Positions 28,605 through 42,992 of a stretch of DNA of 64,000 nucleotides are shown here, piece by piece. A model generated the notes under the pieces. It ran no database searches. It saw only the letters and a list, made by a program, of their open reading frames with translations, and was not told where the DNA came from. Origin of the DNA: a virus (lineage: Duplodnaviria > Heunggongvirae > Uroviricota > Caudoviricetes); the IMG/VR virus record IMGVR_UViG_2908567220_000002, positions 33,901 through 97,900 of that record; one strand, written 5' to 3'. How positions within the stretch are numbered: position 1 is the stretch's first letter; each line of letters begins with the position of its first letter. The position numbers were made by a program, and so were the translations under genes.

Positions 28605-31162
28605 CGTCCACCTCCGGAGAACAGACCACCATCGCGCATCTGTGCCTGGATTTCATCACGGGCACCCTTGCGGGCCATGTCATACACCGCCTTCATCATC
28701 TGTGGACCTGGCAGACCATTCGTACCGTCGTTCTGAATCACCACGTTGTTGTTCTGCTCAAACCTGATACCCTCTGAACGCCGCATTTGCGCCGGACTTC
28801 CGGTGCCACCGACATAACCGCCGGTGGCATAGCCGCGCATCAGCCGGTAGAGATTTCCCACGCCAATCCGGCTGGTTGCCTCCTTCGTGAAGACAAATTC
28901 ACCACGGTGAACAATCCCCGCTGGCTCATATTTGCCGCCGGTTCCCGTAAATCCTCCGGTTGCAAAATGGAGTTTCGCCGCAGCGGCCTGAATGGCTGTA
29001 CCGCCTGACGCGGATGCGCCGCCACCAACAGCCCCGCCAATAGCGCTGCCGATACTCCCGACAATCCCCACCATTGCCTGCTTAAGCAGAATTTCTGTCA
29101 TCATGGACAGCACGGAACGGGTGAAGCTGCGCCAGTTCTGTTCACTGCCGGTCAGCATCGCCGCCATATTCTGCGCAATACCATCAAAGGTCTGCGTGGC
29201 AGCACTTTTAACCTGCGACATACTGTCCGTGGCACTCTCTTCCCACTCACTCCAGCCTGACCTGAGGCCTGCCATCCAGCTCCCGCGAAGCTGGTCTTCA
29301 GCCGCCCAGGTCTTTTTCTGCTCTGACATGACGCTATTCAGCGCCAGCGGATTATCGCCATACTGTTCCTTCAGGCGCTGTTCCGTGGCGTCCCGCGCTG
29401 CCTGCCGGTCAGTCAGCCCCCGGTTTTTCGCCTCAATGGCTGCCCGTTTTGCCCGTTGCTGCTGTGCGAATTTATCCGCCTGCTGCGCCAGCGCGTTCAG
29501 GTGCTCCTGATACGTGACCTTATCGCCAAGTGCAGCCAGCTGGCGTTTGTACTCCAGCGTCTCATCTTTATGCGCCAGCAGGGATTTCTCCTGTGCGGAC
29601 AGCTGGCGACGTTGCGCCGCCTCCTCCAGTACCGCGAACTGACTTTCTGCCTTCCACAAATCCCGGCGCTGCTGGCTGATTTTCTCATTCGCTCCGGCAT
29701 GCTTCTCCAGCGTCCGGAGTTCTGCCTGAAGCGTCAGCAGGGCAGCATGAGCACTGTCTTCCTGACGATCGCCCGCAGACACCTTCACGCCGGACTGTTT
29801 CGGCTTTTTCAGCGTCGCTTCATAATCCTTTTTCGCCGCCGCCATCAGCGTGTTGTAATCCGCCTGCAGGATTTTCCCGTCTTTCAGTGCCTTGTTCAGT
29901 TCTTCCTGACGGGCGGTATATTTCTCCAGCGGCGTCTGCAGCCGTTCGTAAGCCTTCTGCGCCTCTTCGGTATATTTCAGCCGTGACGCTTCGGTATCGC
30001 TCTGCTGCTGCGCATTTTTGTCCTGTTGAGTCTGCTGCTCAGCCTTCTTTCGGGCGGCTTCAAGCGCAAGACGGGCCTTTTCACGATCATCCCAGTAACG
30101 CGCCCGCGCTTCATCGTTAACAAAATAATCATCCTTGCGCAGATTCCAGATGTCGTCTGCTTTCTTAAACGCAGCCTCTGCCTTAATCAGCATCTCCTGC
30201 GCGGTATCAGGACGACCAATATCCAGCACCGCATCCCACATGGATTTGAATGCCCGCGCAGTCCTGTCTGCCCAGGTCTCCAGCGTGCCCATGTTCTCTT
30301 TCAGGCGGCGGGTCTGGTCATCAAACCCTTTCGTTGCGGCCTCGTTCGCCGCCTGCAATGCCCCGGCTTCATCGCCGGAACGCTGCAACTGAGCAACATA
30401 CGCAATCTGCTCCGCCGTCACGTTATGGAACTGGCGTGCCATCGCCGTCAGCCCCGACGTCGGGTCTGTGGTCAGCTTCCCGAAGGCTTCAGCGACCTTG
30501 TCCACCTCCACGCCGGATGCAGAGGAGAAACGCGCCACACTCTGGCTGATGGACGCAATCTGAGCCTCACCGCTTACCCCCGCCTTAACCAGTGCGCTGA
30601 GTGACTCGCTGGTCTGGTTAAACGTCAGCCCTGCCGCCTGCCCGGCTCTGGACAGGACCAGCATACGATCTGCCGTCAGTCCCGCCTGATTGCCGGAAAG
30701 GACCAGCGTTTTATTGAAATTGGACAGGGTTGAGTCACCCTGATACCAGGCATACGCCAGCGCACCGGTCGCCACCGCCAGCGAAGTGATACCAACCATC
30801 GGCAGGGTGATCGCACCGGTAAGCCCCCTGAACATGGGGATCATCCCGCCGAAGGAGTCCTTCACCTGACCACCCTGTTGCAGCAGGATGAGCCACGGAT
30901 TCTGCCCCCCTGCAAGCTGCGTGGCCACGTCGGTGAACTGCGCAGGCAGCATACGCATGGCAGCTTTATACTGCCCGACGGAAATCCCCGCTTTCTGTGC
31001 AGCCAGCGCCTGCCGGTTCATTGACTGTTCAACGACTGCCGCTGTTTTTTTCGCATCACTTTCCGTACCGGAAAAATGACGCCTGACTCTGGCCATCTGC
31101 TCGTCAAATCTGGCCGCATCCAGACTTAAATCAACGACCAGATCGCCTACCGGTTCAGCCAT
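28601..31162 (-). CDS. H: Tail tape measure protein H
   Basis: 853 aa; lambda gpH-like. Confidence 0.95.
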   Translation of the reverse strand: MAEPVGDLVVDLSLDAARFDEQMARVRRHFSGTESDAKKTAAVVEQSMNRQALAAQKAGISVGQYKAAMRMLPAQFTDVATQLAGGQNPWLILLQQGGQVKDSFGGMIPMFRGLTGAITLPMVGITSLAVATGALAYAWYQGDSTLSNFNKTLVLSGNQAGLTADRMLVLSRAGQAAGLTFNQTSESLSALVKAGVSGEAQIASISQSVARFSSASGVEVDKVAEAFGKLTTDPTSGLTAMARQFHNVTAEQIAYVAQLQRSGDEAGALQAANEAATKGFDDQTRRLKENMGTLETWADRTARAFKSMWDAVLDIGRPDTAQEMLIKAEAAFKKADDIWNLRKDDYFVNDEARARYWDDREKARLALEAARKKAEQQTQQDKNAQQQSDTEASRLKYTEEAQKAYERLQTPLEKYTARQEELNKALKDGKILQADYNTLMAAAKKDYEATLKKPKQSGVKVSAGDRQEDSAHAALLTLQAELRTLEKHAGANEKISQQRRDLWKAESQFAVLEEAAQRRQLSAQEKSLLAHKDETLEYKRQLAALGDKVTYQEHLNALAQQADKFAQQQRAKRAAIEAKNRGLTDRQAARDATEQRLKEQYGDNPLALNSVMSEQKKTWAAEDQLRGSWMAGLRSGWSEWEESATDSMSQVKSAATQTFDGIAQNMAAMLTGSEQNWRSFTRSVLSMMTEILLKQAMVGIVGSIGSAIGGAVGGGASASGGTAIQAAAAKLHFATGGFTGTGGKYEPAGIVHRGEFVFTKEATSRIGVGNLYRLMRGYATGGYVGGTGSPAQMRRSEGIRFEQNNNVVIQNDGTNGLPGPQMMKAVYDMARKGARDEIQAQMRDGGLFSGGGR

Positions 31163-31595
31163 ACCGGACTCCTCCTGCGATCCCTTCTGATACTGTCATC
31201 AGTATTACGTCATCCTCCGTCATGCCCGCCACATCCGGGGAAGCGGGGATAACTTCATTCCCGTCCGGGTCAAAGCGGACGCCTCCGGCAAGCCCTGCCG
31301 CTTTCTGCATCAGCACATCATCTTCAGGCTCTTCGTCAGCCTCACACCGGTTCAGCAGACTGAAATCCAGCGGATGCATATCCGGATCGCTGAAAAACAG
31401 GCTGAGTACGGTGTACGTCAGCCCGGAAAAGTGCATATCCAGCAGAACATCATGAAAATAATGGGTACTGTAAAAGCGGTGCCAGTCGGCATACTCCGTG
31501 GATGACATCCCGGCAAGCATGGCGCGCCAGTCGGGTCGCCCCATCTCACGCGCCAGTTTCAGGGCAAAACTCAGCTCACCGTCGAACACTTTCCC
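31155..31595 (-). CDS. T: Tail assembly chaperone T segment, expressed as G-T fusion by -1 frameshift
   Basis: -1 frame ORF beginning at the slippery site; product reads GKVFDGELSFALKLAREM... Confidence 0.8.
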   Translation of the reverse strand, partial: GKVFDGELSFALKLAREMGRPDWRAMLAGMSSTEYADWHRFYSTHYFHDVLLDMHFSGLTYTVLSLFFSDPDMHPLDFSLLNRCEADEEPEDDVLMQKAAGLAGGVRFDPDGNEVIPASPDVAGMTEDDVILMTVSEGIAGGVRYG

Positions 31596-31993
31596 GCAGA
31601 AACAGGCTCTGCTGGCCCGGCGTCATCTGCCTGTTCAGGTGCATCATTCACAACAAACTCAGACATACCGGACAGACGCATTACCACGTTTTCAGCCTGA
31701 GCAATTGCCTCCGTGGGCCAGGTGGTAAGCACTTCCTGCTCAATCTGCGTAATGGCTTCATTCATGGACGGCAGCTTTGTCTTCTGCGGATGGCTATGCC
31801 ACAGGGACATCGCCACCAGAAACGCCCCGCCTCTGATAAGATCCTCTACAGACACCTGCAGGTTGCCGCTGGATTCAGCCTTTTTTTCCTGCTCTTTCAA
31901 CCAGGCAAGATGCTCAATACGCTGCAGGGCTGACAGTTCAGAAAGCGTGACGGTCACGCCGTTATGTTCAAATGATTCGGTTTTCAGGAACAT
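31571..31993 (-). CDS. G: Tail assembly chaperone G
   Basis: 140 aa MFLKTESFEHNGVTVTLSELSALQRIEHL...; lambda gpG-like. Confidence 0.9.
   Translation of the reverse strand: MFLKTESFEHNGVTVTLSELSALQRIEHLAWLKEQEKKAESSGNLQVSVEDLIRGGAFLVAMSLWHSHPQKTKLPSMNEAITQIEQEVLTTWPTEAIAQAENVVMRLSGMSEFVVNDAPEQADDAGPAEPVSAGKCSTVS
31589..31595 (-). other. Programmed -1 ribosomal frameshift slippery heptamer GGGAAAG (G/T)
   Basis: Minus-strand GCG GGA AAG in the G frame, six codons before the G stop, as in lambda. Confidence 0.8.
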
Positions 31994-32008
31994 CGCTGAC
32001 TCTCCGGA

Positions 32009-32749
32009 TTAACTGTCGGTGACGGTGATTCCTGCAACCACAGCAAGTTCACCATTACCGGATACAACCGGAATGTTGACCTTGCCTGCAGCAACACCTT
32101 TCACGGTGATGGTCATACCACTGACCGACACGGTGGCTTTTGTTTTATCCGCAGACACCGCACGGAAGCTCTTGTCGGTTGCGCCTTCCGGCTGGAATGC
32201 CACGGTCAGCGTGATGCTCCGCCCTTTCACCACCGAGGAGCTGGCAGGCGTAACGGTCATGCCGGTTGCCGCCGTCACCGTACTGCGATCTTCTGCCATT
32301 GACGGACGGCCCACATTGGTGACCTTCACCGTACGGGTGATCACTTCCTTCGCCGTCACCGCCTTACCGATACTGCTGACCCAGCCACGGAACACATCGA
32401 CCGTGCCGTTCGGGAAGCGGATTTTATAGGCACGGGTATCACCTTCATTAAACCACGCCAGCAGCGCCTGCTGCCCCTGCTCTCCGGGCATCCACGCCAG
32501 CGTGAAGCTGGTATCTCCGGCGGATTTCTGCCCCTGCCCGGTCGCGGTCCAGTCCGCATCTTCATCATCGAGATAACTGTCGTCATAGGACTCAGCGGTC
32601 AGTTCGCCGGGCGTCAGGTCTTTAACTTTTGCCAGACGCGACCAGTCAACGTCTGAAAGCGGGTTCGCATAAGGGTCACCGCTCCCCTTATAAACCCACA
32701 GGGTGGTCCCGGCACCTTTCACCGGCATTACAGGATTTGGTACAGGCAT
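32009..32749 (-). CDS. V: Major tail protein V
   Basis: Start [20 protein letters not shown] (tracked ORF extends to 32779); lambda gpV-like with C-terminal Ig-like region. Confidence 0.9.
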   Translation of the reverse strand: MPVPNPVMPVKGAGTTLWVYKGSGDPYANPLSDVDWSRLAKVKDLTPGELTAESYDDSYLDDEDADWTATGQGQKSAGDTSFTLAWMPGEQGQQALLAWFNEGDTRAYKIRFPNGTVDVFRGWVSSIGKAVTAKEVITRTVKVTNVGRPSMAEDRSTVTAATGMTVTPASSSVVKGRSITLTVAFQPEGATDKSFRAVSADKTKATVSVSGMTITVKGVAAGKVNIPVVSGNGELAVVAGITVTDS

Positions 32750-32756
32750 AGCGTCC

Positions 32757-33152
32757 TCACATTTCATAGGTAATGACATAAGTCAGATCGGCTGAACTCC
32801 ACAGGCCCGCATCATCGTCGCGCCGGTAGTCATAGCCACTGGCCACCATACTGGTGATCAAATCTGACAGTGCCGGGATATCGCTCATCACCGGATAAAT
32901 CCGGGACTCCATCCACGAATCCAGCTCTGAATCCGGCACCTGAGCAGGCAGGAAAACTTCAATATGCAGCTCCGCCTGCCAGGTATCGCTGTCCAGCTCT
33001 TCGCCCGTGTATTCAGCGCCGGTGAGATAAACGGCAATTGCCGGAAAATCTTCCTCATCAAAAACAGCGGGGCGACCATCAAAAAGCGTCGCCCCGGCGT
33101 CATGCTTCTCCAGTGCATCCAGTACGGCTGCACGGAGTTCAGTATGTTTCAT
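32757..33152 (-). CDS. U: Tail terminator protein U
   Basis: 131 aa; lambda gpU-like. Confidence 0.9.
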   Translation of the reverse strand: MKHTELRAAVLDALEKHDAGATLFDGRPAVFDEEDFPAIAVYLTGAEYTGEELDSDTWQAELHIEVFLPAQVPDSELDSWMESRIYPVMSDIPALSDLITSMVASGYDYRRDDDAGLWSSADLTYVITYEM

Positions 33153-33727
33153 CGCTTTATTACCATTCTCAGTTGATGCTGCAGCGCATAGCCCAGCTCT
33201 TTCGGAAGACGCTCACGCCGTATCCGCTCAATATTCTGTTTAAACGCCGTGGTAAGCGGCACCGCCATCGGGATTTTCACCACATCAATGGGGTAACGGT
33301 TTTTCCCGGCCACACGCTGCATGACATGCCACCGGCCATTTTTCAGTTGCTGAATAAACGCGCCGGGAATACGACGGTTACCCACCACAAGCACGCTGCC
33401 GCCACCTTTCAGGGATGAACGCTGCCCCTTTTTACGACGCCTGCGGCGGGACAGGACAACCCGCGCATTACCCAGCCTGATTACGGGCAAATCCCCCCGG
33501 TTAACTTTGATTCTGGCCTGCGGATTTTTGACCGTGGCCCTTTTCAGCCTGGCCCTTTCCTTTACCAGTTTCCGGCGTACCTTTGTCTCACGGGCAACCT
33601 GTGACGCAGACTGCGATATCGCGGATGACGCAACGCGGTTAATGGCTATTGCGGCGGCACCAGGCACCGCCGTTTTGCTGATACGGCTGAGGTTTTCAAC
33701 GGCCTGCTCAAGACCTTTTATGGCCAT
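33149..33727 (-). CDS. Z: Tail completion protein Z
   Basis: 192 aa; lambda gpZ-like. Confidence 0.9.
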   Translation of the reverse strand: MAIKGLEQAVENLSRISKTAVPGAAAIAINRVASSAISQSASQVARETKVRRKLVKERARLKRATVKNPQARIKVNRGDLPVIRLGNARVVLSRRRRRKKGQRSSLKGGGSVLVVGNRRIPGAFIQQLKNGRWHVMQRVAGKNRYPIDVVKIPMAVPLTTAFKQNIERIRRERLPKELGYALQHQLRMVIKR

Positions 33728-33738
33728 ACATCCCCCTT

Positions 33739-34092
33739 TCAGCGGCGACGGTTAACGGCAGGCGGTACGCCCCGTCCAAGCCAGAGATGACAACTTCCGC
33801 CATCATCCGGCGAAACCCGATCTACCCAGAAATTTTCCTCACCGATGGTCAGCGTGTCTCCACGCCGCAGCTGCCGCACCTCATCAGTCCGGACAAACAG
33901 GGACGGGCTGGAGCCTTCAACGCGCACGCCCTGTCCGGCATAGCTGATATTTTCAGGGTCATCAAAAACACCACGTATCACAGCACCGGACTGCTCACCG
34001 GATGTCATGGTGGCTGACGTTCCCATGTACCCGCGTATCGTTTCATCAGCGCGAGCAATGGCAGCATCGAACAGGTTATCGAAATCAGCCAC
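33739..34092 (-). CDS. FII: Head-tail joining protein FII
   Basis: 117 aa; lambda gpFII-like. Confidence 0.9.
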   Translation of the reverse strand: MADFDNLFDAAIARADETIRGYMGTSATMTSGEQSGAVIRGVFDDPENISYAGQGVRVEGSSPSLFVRTDEVRQLRRGDTLTIGEENFWVDRVSPDDGGSCHLWLGRGVPPAVNRRR

Positions 34093-34103
34093 AGCGCCTC
34101 CCG

Positions 34104-34502
34104 TTATTGCATTCTGGCCAGGCCACGTTCTGTCATTTCGGCTGCCACACCGGCAGAGACACGAAACGCCGTTCCCGGCAGCACAAATGCCACAGGTTTA
34201 TCCCGCGTGGCGTGAAGTGCATCAGTATGCAGCGTCACCAGTGCCACGACCGTGACCAGTTCAGCCGTATCCTGAATCACGGTATCCGGCTGCGCTGATA
34301 CCACCTCATTTTCATGCCCGGTCAGCACATTTTCCCGGCTGAGAGGGGTGTCCTGACCGGCAGTTTCATCCGTGTCATCAAGCTCTTCTTCCAGCTCTGC
34401 CACACGAAGCGCCAGTTCTTCTTTCGTTCCCGTCAAACTGACATCGCGGTTCAGTTGCTCACCCAGCTCCTGAAGACGGGCAATCAGTTCATCTTTCGTC
34501 AT
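34104..34502 (-). CDS. FI: DNA packaging protein FI
   Basis: Start MTKDELIARLQELGEQLNRDVSLTGTKEELALRVAEL (tracked ORF extends to 34541); lambda gpFI-like. Confidence 0.9.
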   Translation of the reverse strand: MTKDELIARLQELGEQLNRDVSLTGTKEELALRVAELEEELDDTDETAGQDTPLSRENVLTGHENEVVSAQPDTVIQDTAELVTVVALVTLHTDALHATRDKPVAFVLPGTAFRVSAGVAAEMTERGLARMQ

Positions 34503-34543
34503 GAACTCCTCCACAGAGAGAAAATGGCCCCGAAGGGCCATGA

Positions 34544-35569
34544 TTACGCCAGTTGTACAGACACGAACTCATCAGGATCAGCCAGCAGCATCAGCGGTGC
34601 TGACTGAATCATGGTGAACTCACGCGCCGGATCGCCGGTGGTCACCCAGTTTTTCGGGTAACGGGCAGAGGCGTTAATGCCTTCGCGCTGTGCGTCCGCA
34701 TCCTGAATGCAGCCATAGGTGCGCAGACCGCGTGCCTGAGTGTTCCCCAGCACCATCGTGTTGTCCGGCAGGAAGTTCTTTTTGACGCCGTTTTCCACGT
34801 ACTGTCCGGAATACACGACGATGGCCACATCGCCATACATCCCCTTGTAGGACACCGCTTTGCCCAGGTCTTTCACCGCTGTCTCCAGCTCGGAATGAGA
34901 GCCGCGACGAGTATCCAGCTTCTCCTTGACGGCTTTGAAGGAACGGAACAGCGCCCAGCCTTTCGGATCAAACACGATGATATTCACCACTCCGCTGGCG
35001 TTCAGCGCGTAGGCTTCGATATCGTCGGTCGGGTCATACGTGGACTTGTCACGCTTGCTCCACTCCGTGCTGCCGGACTGCGTGATGTTGTTGGCCGCAC
35101 TGCGGCCCATATCCACCTCAACCGGATCGAAGGCTTCACCGGTCATGGTGTATTTGCCCTTAAGCACGGCAGAAACTGCCTGCATCTCTTCCACCTGGGC
35201 AATGGCCAGCTCTTCGTCACGCATGTTCTGCATGATGATGCGACGGCGACGGTAAGCCGGGTCCGCCAGATTCTGCGGATCTTCATCCGGCAGGCGACGC
35301 AGGGTCATCTGCGGATTCACTTCATGCTTGGGTTTGACATATCCCGGCGTAAATTCAGAGGTGGAGCCGCCACGGGAGCGGATAACCTCACCGGAAACAA
35401 TCGGCGAAACGTACAGCGCCATGTTTACCAGTCCCGGAATTTGTGAGAGATAGACTTTTTCCGTGGTGAAGGGATAGCTCTCACGGAAAAAGAGACGCAG
35501 AAACAGCGGATCAAACTTAAATTTCTGCTCATTTGCCGCCAGCAGCTGGGCGGTTGTGTACATCGACAT
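34544..35569 (-). CDS. E: Major capsid protein E
   Basis: Start MSMYTTAQLLAANEQKFKFD; 341 aa; lambda gpE-like. Confidence 0.95.
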   Translation of the reverse strand: MSMYTTAQLLAANEQKFKFDPLFLRLFFRESYPFTTEKVYLSQIPGLVNMALYVSPIVSGEVIRSRGGSTSEFTPGYVKPKHEVNPQMTLRRLPDEDPQNLADPAYRRRRIIMQNMRDEELAIAQVEEMQAVSAVLKGKYTMTGEAFDPVEVDMGRSAANNITQSGSTEWSKRDKSTYDPTDDIEAYALNASGVVNIIVFDPKGWALFRSFKAVKEKLDTRRGSHSELETAVKDLGKAVSYKGMYGDVAIVVYSGQYVENGVKKNFLPDNTMVLGNTQARGLRTYGCIQDADAQREGINASARYPKNWVTTGDPAREFTMIQSAPLMLLADPDEFVSVQLA

Positions 35570-35624
35570 AAAAAAATCCCGTAAAAAAAGCCGCACAGGC
35601 GGCCTTTAGTGATGAAGGGTCAGG

Positions 35625-35957
35625 TTAAACGATGCTGATTGCCGTTCCGGCAAACGCGGTCCGTTTTTTCGTCTCATCGCTGGCAGCCTTCGGCCAGAGC
35701 ACATCCTCATAACGGAACGTGCCGGACTTGTAGAACGTCAGCGTGGTGCTGGTCTGGTCAGCAGCAACAGCAAGAATGCCGACAGCAGCACCGTCGGTGG
35801 TGCCATCCCACGCAACCAGCTTACGGGTGGAGGTGTCCAGCATCAGCGGGGTCATTGCAGGCGCTTTCGCACTCAATCCGCCTGGCGCGGTTGCGGTATG
35901 AGCCGGGTCACTGTTGCCCAGCGGCTGGTAATGGGTAAAGGTTTCTTTGCTCGTCAT
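35625..35957 (-). CDS. D: Capsid decoration protein D
   Basis: Start [27 protein letters not shown]; 110 aa; lambda gpD-like. Confidence 0.95.
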   Translation of the reverse strand: MTSKETFTHYQPLGNSDPAHTATAPGGLSAKAPAMTPLMLDTSTRKLVAWDGTTDGAAVGILAVAADQTSTTLTFYKSGTFRYEDVLWPKAASDETKKRTAFAGTAISIV

Positions 35958-35966
35958 AAACATCCC

Positions 35967-37266
35967 TTACACTGGTGTGTTCAGCAAATCGTTAACGGCA
36001 TCAGATGCCGGGTTACCTGCAGCCAGCGGTGCCGGTGCCCCCTGCATCAGACGATCCAGCGCAGTGTCACTGCGCGCCTGTGCACTCTGTGGTGCTGCGG
36101 CCAGAATGCGGCGGGCCGTTTCCACGGTCATACCGGGGGTTTCTGCCAGCACGCGGGCCTGTTCTTCGCGTCCGTGAGCCTCCTCACAGTTGAGGATCCC
36201 CATAATGCGGCTGTTTTCTGCCGCAACCGCTGCGGTGATCTGCGCGTTCACGTCCGGCTGCGCCGCGCTGGCGTTCTCGCCCTCCGTCGCTGGCACCACG
36301 TCAGTAACGTCAGCCTGCGAAGCAGTGGCTGAAACAGTTGTTGATTGAGTCTCTTTGGTCATTCGCCCTCCTGAGAGACGGGATTTACGTGCATCCAGTG
36401 CATCACGCATGACGGTGATCGCATCGGTACTGTTAACAAGTTCATCAGCCAGTCCGGCATCAATGGCCTCCTGACCGCTGTACACTGCAGCCTCGGTATC
36501 CAGCACAGCCTGCACGGACAGGCCGGTATATGCCGACACCTTCTGTGCAAACATCCGGCGGGTTGCATCCATCCGGGACTGCAGTGTTTCCCGGACATCA
36601 TCCGGTAGATGGCTGTAGGGGTTGCCATCCACCTTATGGCTGCCGCTGTAAATCAGCGTGATTTCCACGCCCTGTTTCTCCAGCGCAGCACCGTAATTAC
36701 TGTGAGCCATCATGACGCCGATGGAGCCTGTCCGGGCGGTCTGCGTGACCAGACGCCGGGAGGCGGCGCTGGCAAGCAGCTGACCTGCACTGCAGTTCAT
36801 GTCGTTGGCCAGCGCCCATACCGGTTTTATGTCTCGCACACGGGCGATGATGTCAGCACAGTCAAATGCTCCCGCCACCATCCCGCCCGGTGTGTCCATA
36901 TCCAGCAGAATGCCGTCCACCATCGGGTCGCTGGCAGCCTGTTGCAGACGGGCGATAATGCCGTTGTAACCGGTCATCCCCGAATACGGCTGCAGCGCCC
37001 GCGTCCGGCTGACCAGCGTGCCGGAAACCGGCAGCACGGCGATGCCGTTCATGACCTGATAACTGCGGGCCTGTCGTGGTCCGTCATCATCACCGGATAA
37101 CGCCAGCGTCGCGGGTGCCTCTCCGGCAGTCAGGCTGTCGCCGGACACCGCATCCGTCAGGCGACTGATCCCAAGCTGGCCTGCAAGCGCACAAAAGAAA
37201 ACCCGCGCATAGGCGGGTTCAAGCATCAGCGGCTCATTAAAAGCCATGCTGGCAATATGCGGGAGA

Positions 37267-37286
<20 letters not shown>
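35967..37286 (-). CDS. C: Head maturation protease C (Nu3 scaffold expected as in-frame internal start)
   Basis: Likely GTG start giving (M)TAELRNLPHIASMAFNEPLML; 439 aa; tracked ORF extends to 37421. Confidence 0.85.
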
Positions 37287-40967
<3,681 letters not shown>

Positions 40968-40993
<26 letters not shown>

Positions 40994-41513
40994 TCAGCAA
41001 CCCCGGTATCAGTTCATCCAGCGCGGCTGCTTTGTTCATGGCTTTGATGATATCCCGTTTCAGGAAATCAACATGTCGGTTTTCCAGTTCCGGAAAACGC
41101 CGCTGTACCGAGAGAGGGATCCCGTCAAGAATACTGGCAATTTCACCTGCGATCCGTGACAGCACGAAAGTACAGAATGCGGTTTCCACCACCTCTGCGG
41201 AGTCTCTGGCATTCTTCAGCTCCTGTGCGTCGGCCTGCGCACGCGTAAGTCGATGGCGTTCGTACTCAATAGTCCCAGGCTGGAGATCTGCCTCACTGGC
41301 AGCCCTGTAATCCACAACCTCTTTACGGAGTTTTTCATTTTCGATATCAGCTTCCCTCTGCGCATACCACTGAATTGCCATGGCGGTATCAAATACAGAT
41401 TCAACGCCCTTACCACCTCCGGAGACGCAAGGGAGTCCCTGAGACTGCCAGCGTTCAATCGTTCGCGGATCCACGTTGAAAATTTCGGCAAGTTTCTTTT
41501 TATTAACCTTCAT
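40968..41513 (-). CDS. Nu1: Terminase small subunit Nu1
   Basis: 181 aa; lambda Nu1-like (…[40 protein letters not shown]…). Confidence 0.9.
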
Positions 41514-41689
41514 GAAACAGTCTCACAATAAATACAGGGGCCGACATGAAAGTGCCCGAAAATGACTTTTTTAGGCGTTTTCATGTCGGACCTTTTACGG
41601 ATTCGATATTAGAAAAAACAAATAGTTATGTTCGAGAAGTACCGACATGATTTTCCCCGGAAAATTTTCATAAATAGCGAAAACCCGCG

Positions 41690-41701
41690 AGGTCGCCGCC
41701 C
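41690..41701 (-). other. cos: cos site: 12-nt cohesive end sequence GGGCGGCGACCT (cosN)
   Basis: Minus-strand GGGGCGGCGACCTCGCGGGTTTTCGCTATTTATGAAAATTTTCC matches the lambda left end. Confidence 0.85.
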
Positions 41702-41924
41702 CGTAACCTGTCGGATCGCCGGAAAGGACCCGCCAACGACTTTCGCGTGCAGGCATTAAAAATTTTGCAGTTCCATGCCTAGTTGAAACCTCGATTTCTA
41801 TAACATCCAATTTTGTAAATTTAGATATAGCTCAACTTTTCCCAATGTTTTCAAGTGTATAAAAACAATTGGCGTTACGCCATAACACTATACTTAGGAT
41901 AAGTAAAGATTTTAAGGAGTTTTA

Positions 41925-42992
41925 ATGAGTCAACATCAATATTACCCACAGCTGAAATGGAAGCCTGCTGAATATGAATCTCTGATGCTTTTAGATCAAA
42001 CTACGCTCTCTGGTTTTACTCCGATCATTACCATTCCAGACATAGACTGGGATTATGAAAACGAATGCTACAAGAAGAGTTTGAGTTCTTACTTATCTGA
42101 CTTCGGTATTAACCTTGCGGCATCCTGGAAAGCCAATCGTCCTGTTTTGCTGGATGTTAAATATTTAGATAAACATGGTTCGAGCCGCCATCATCCTCTA
42201 GATATGTGTATCCAAGATGCTAGAGTAAATGGTAAGGAAATTATCCCTGTTGTCTCTCCCGCATATTCAACAAACTATATACATGCTGTTCAACGCAACT
42301 TAATCAATGGGCTCGCTATATCTATCACCCCCCAGACATGGCACCAATTCACAAGTCTGGTTAACCACTTAAATATTCATCCTAGTTTAATTGATGTAAT
42401 CATTGATTTTGGAGATATTCAAAACGCAACTGATAGTTTAAAACAACAAGCATTAAGCATGGTCAACACATTATCAGGCCAAGCTCCGTGGAGAAACTTG
42501 ATTTTATCTTCAACCGCATACCCTGCATCACAGGCAGGGATACCGCAACATCAAGTTCATCATATTCCGCGCCATGAATACGATCTTTGGATGTATGTAG
42601 TACAGAATTTTAGCAATGGAAGAACGCCAAGTTTTAGTGATTATCCCACCGCTAGCTCTACCATTACGAGCGTAGACCCACGCTTCATGTCTCAGTATGT
42701 CTCAGTGAGATATTCGAACGATACCTCATGGATCTTTGTAAAAGGTACCGCAGTTAAAGGAAATGGATGGGGCCAAACTAAAAACTTATGTACTACCCTT
42801 GTTAGTTCGCCAGAGTATCAAGTCTTTGGCTCCAAATTTAGTTGGGGGGATGATTACATTTACCAAAGATCATTAGGCGCTAACAAATCTGGCGGCTCTA
42901 AAGAATGGCGTAAAGTTGCACATACGCACCATATTACGTTAGTCGTGAGACAGCTTTATTGGTTGGCGCAGACTCAGCCTGCCAAGCCTTAA
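41925..42992 (+). CDS. Hypothetical 355-aa protein, AT-rich cargo gene between lysis cassette and cos
   Basis: AAGGAG SD; no motif I can assign; possibly beta-protein/sce7725-like by size (unverified recollection). Confidence 0.6.
   Translation: MSQHQYYPQLKWKPAEYESLMLLDQTTLSGFTPIITIPDIDWDYENECYKKSLSSYLSDFGINLAASWKANRPVLLDVKYLDKHGSSRHHPLDMCIQDARVNGKEIIPVVSPAYSTNYIHAVQRNLINGLAISITPQTWHQFTSLVNHLNIHPSLIDVIIDFGDIQNATDSLKQQALSMVNTLSGQAPWRNLILSSTAYPASQAGIPQHQVHHIPRHEYDLWMYVVQNFSNGRTPSFSDYPTASSTITSVDPRFMSQYVSVRYSNDTSWIFVKGTAVKGNGWGQTKNLCTTLVSSPEYQVFGSKFSWGDDYIYQRSLGANKSGGSKEWRKVAHTHHITLVVRQLYWLAQTQPAKP

Noticed and set aside
28992-30604. Multiple 170-190 aa plus-strand ORFs inside the tape measure gene
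   Set aside because: Antisense to gpH, which is full-length (853 aa) and collinear with lambda H.
41595-41810. 71-aa minus-strand ORF spanning the cos site
   Set aside because: Covers cosN/cosB sequence that matches the lambda left end almost base for base; non-coding in lambda.
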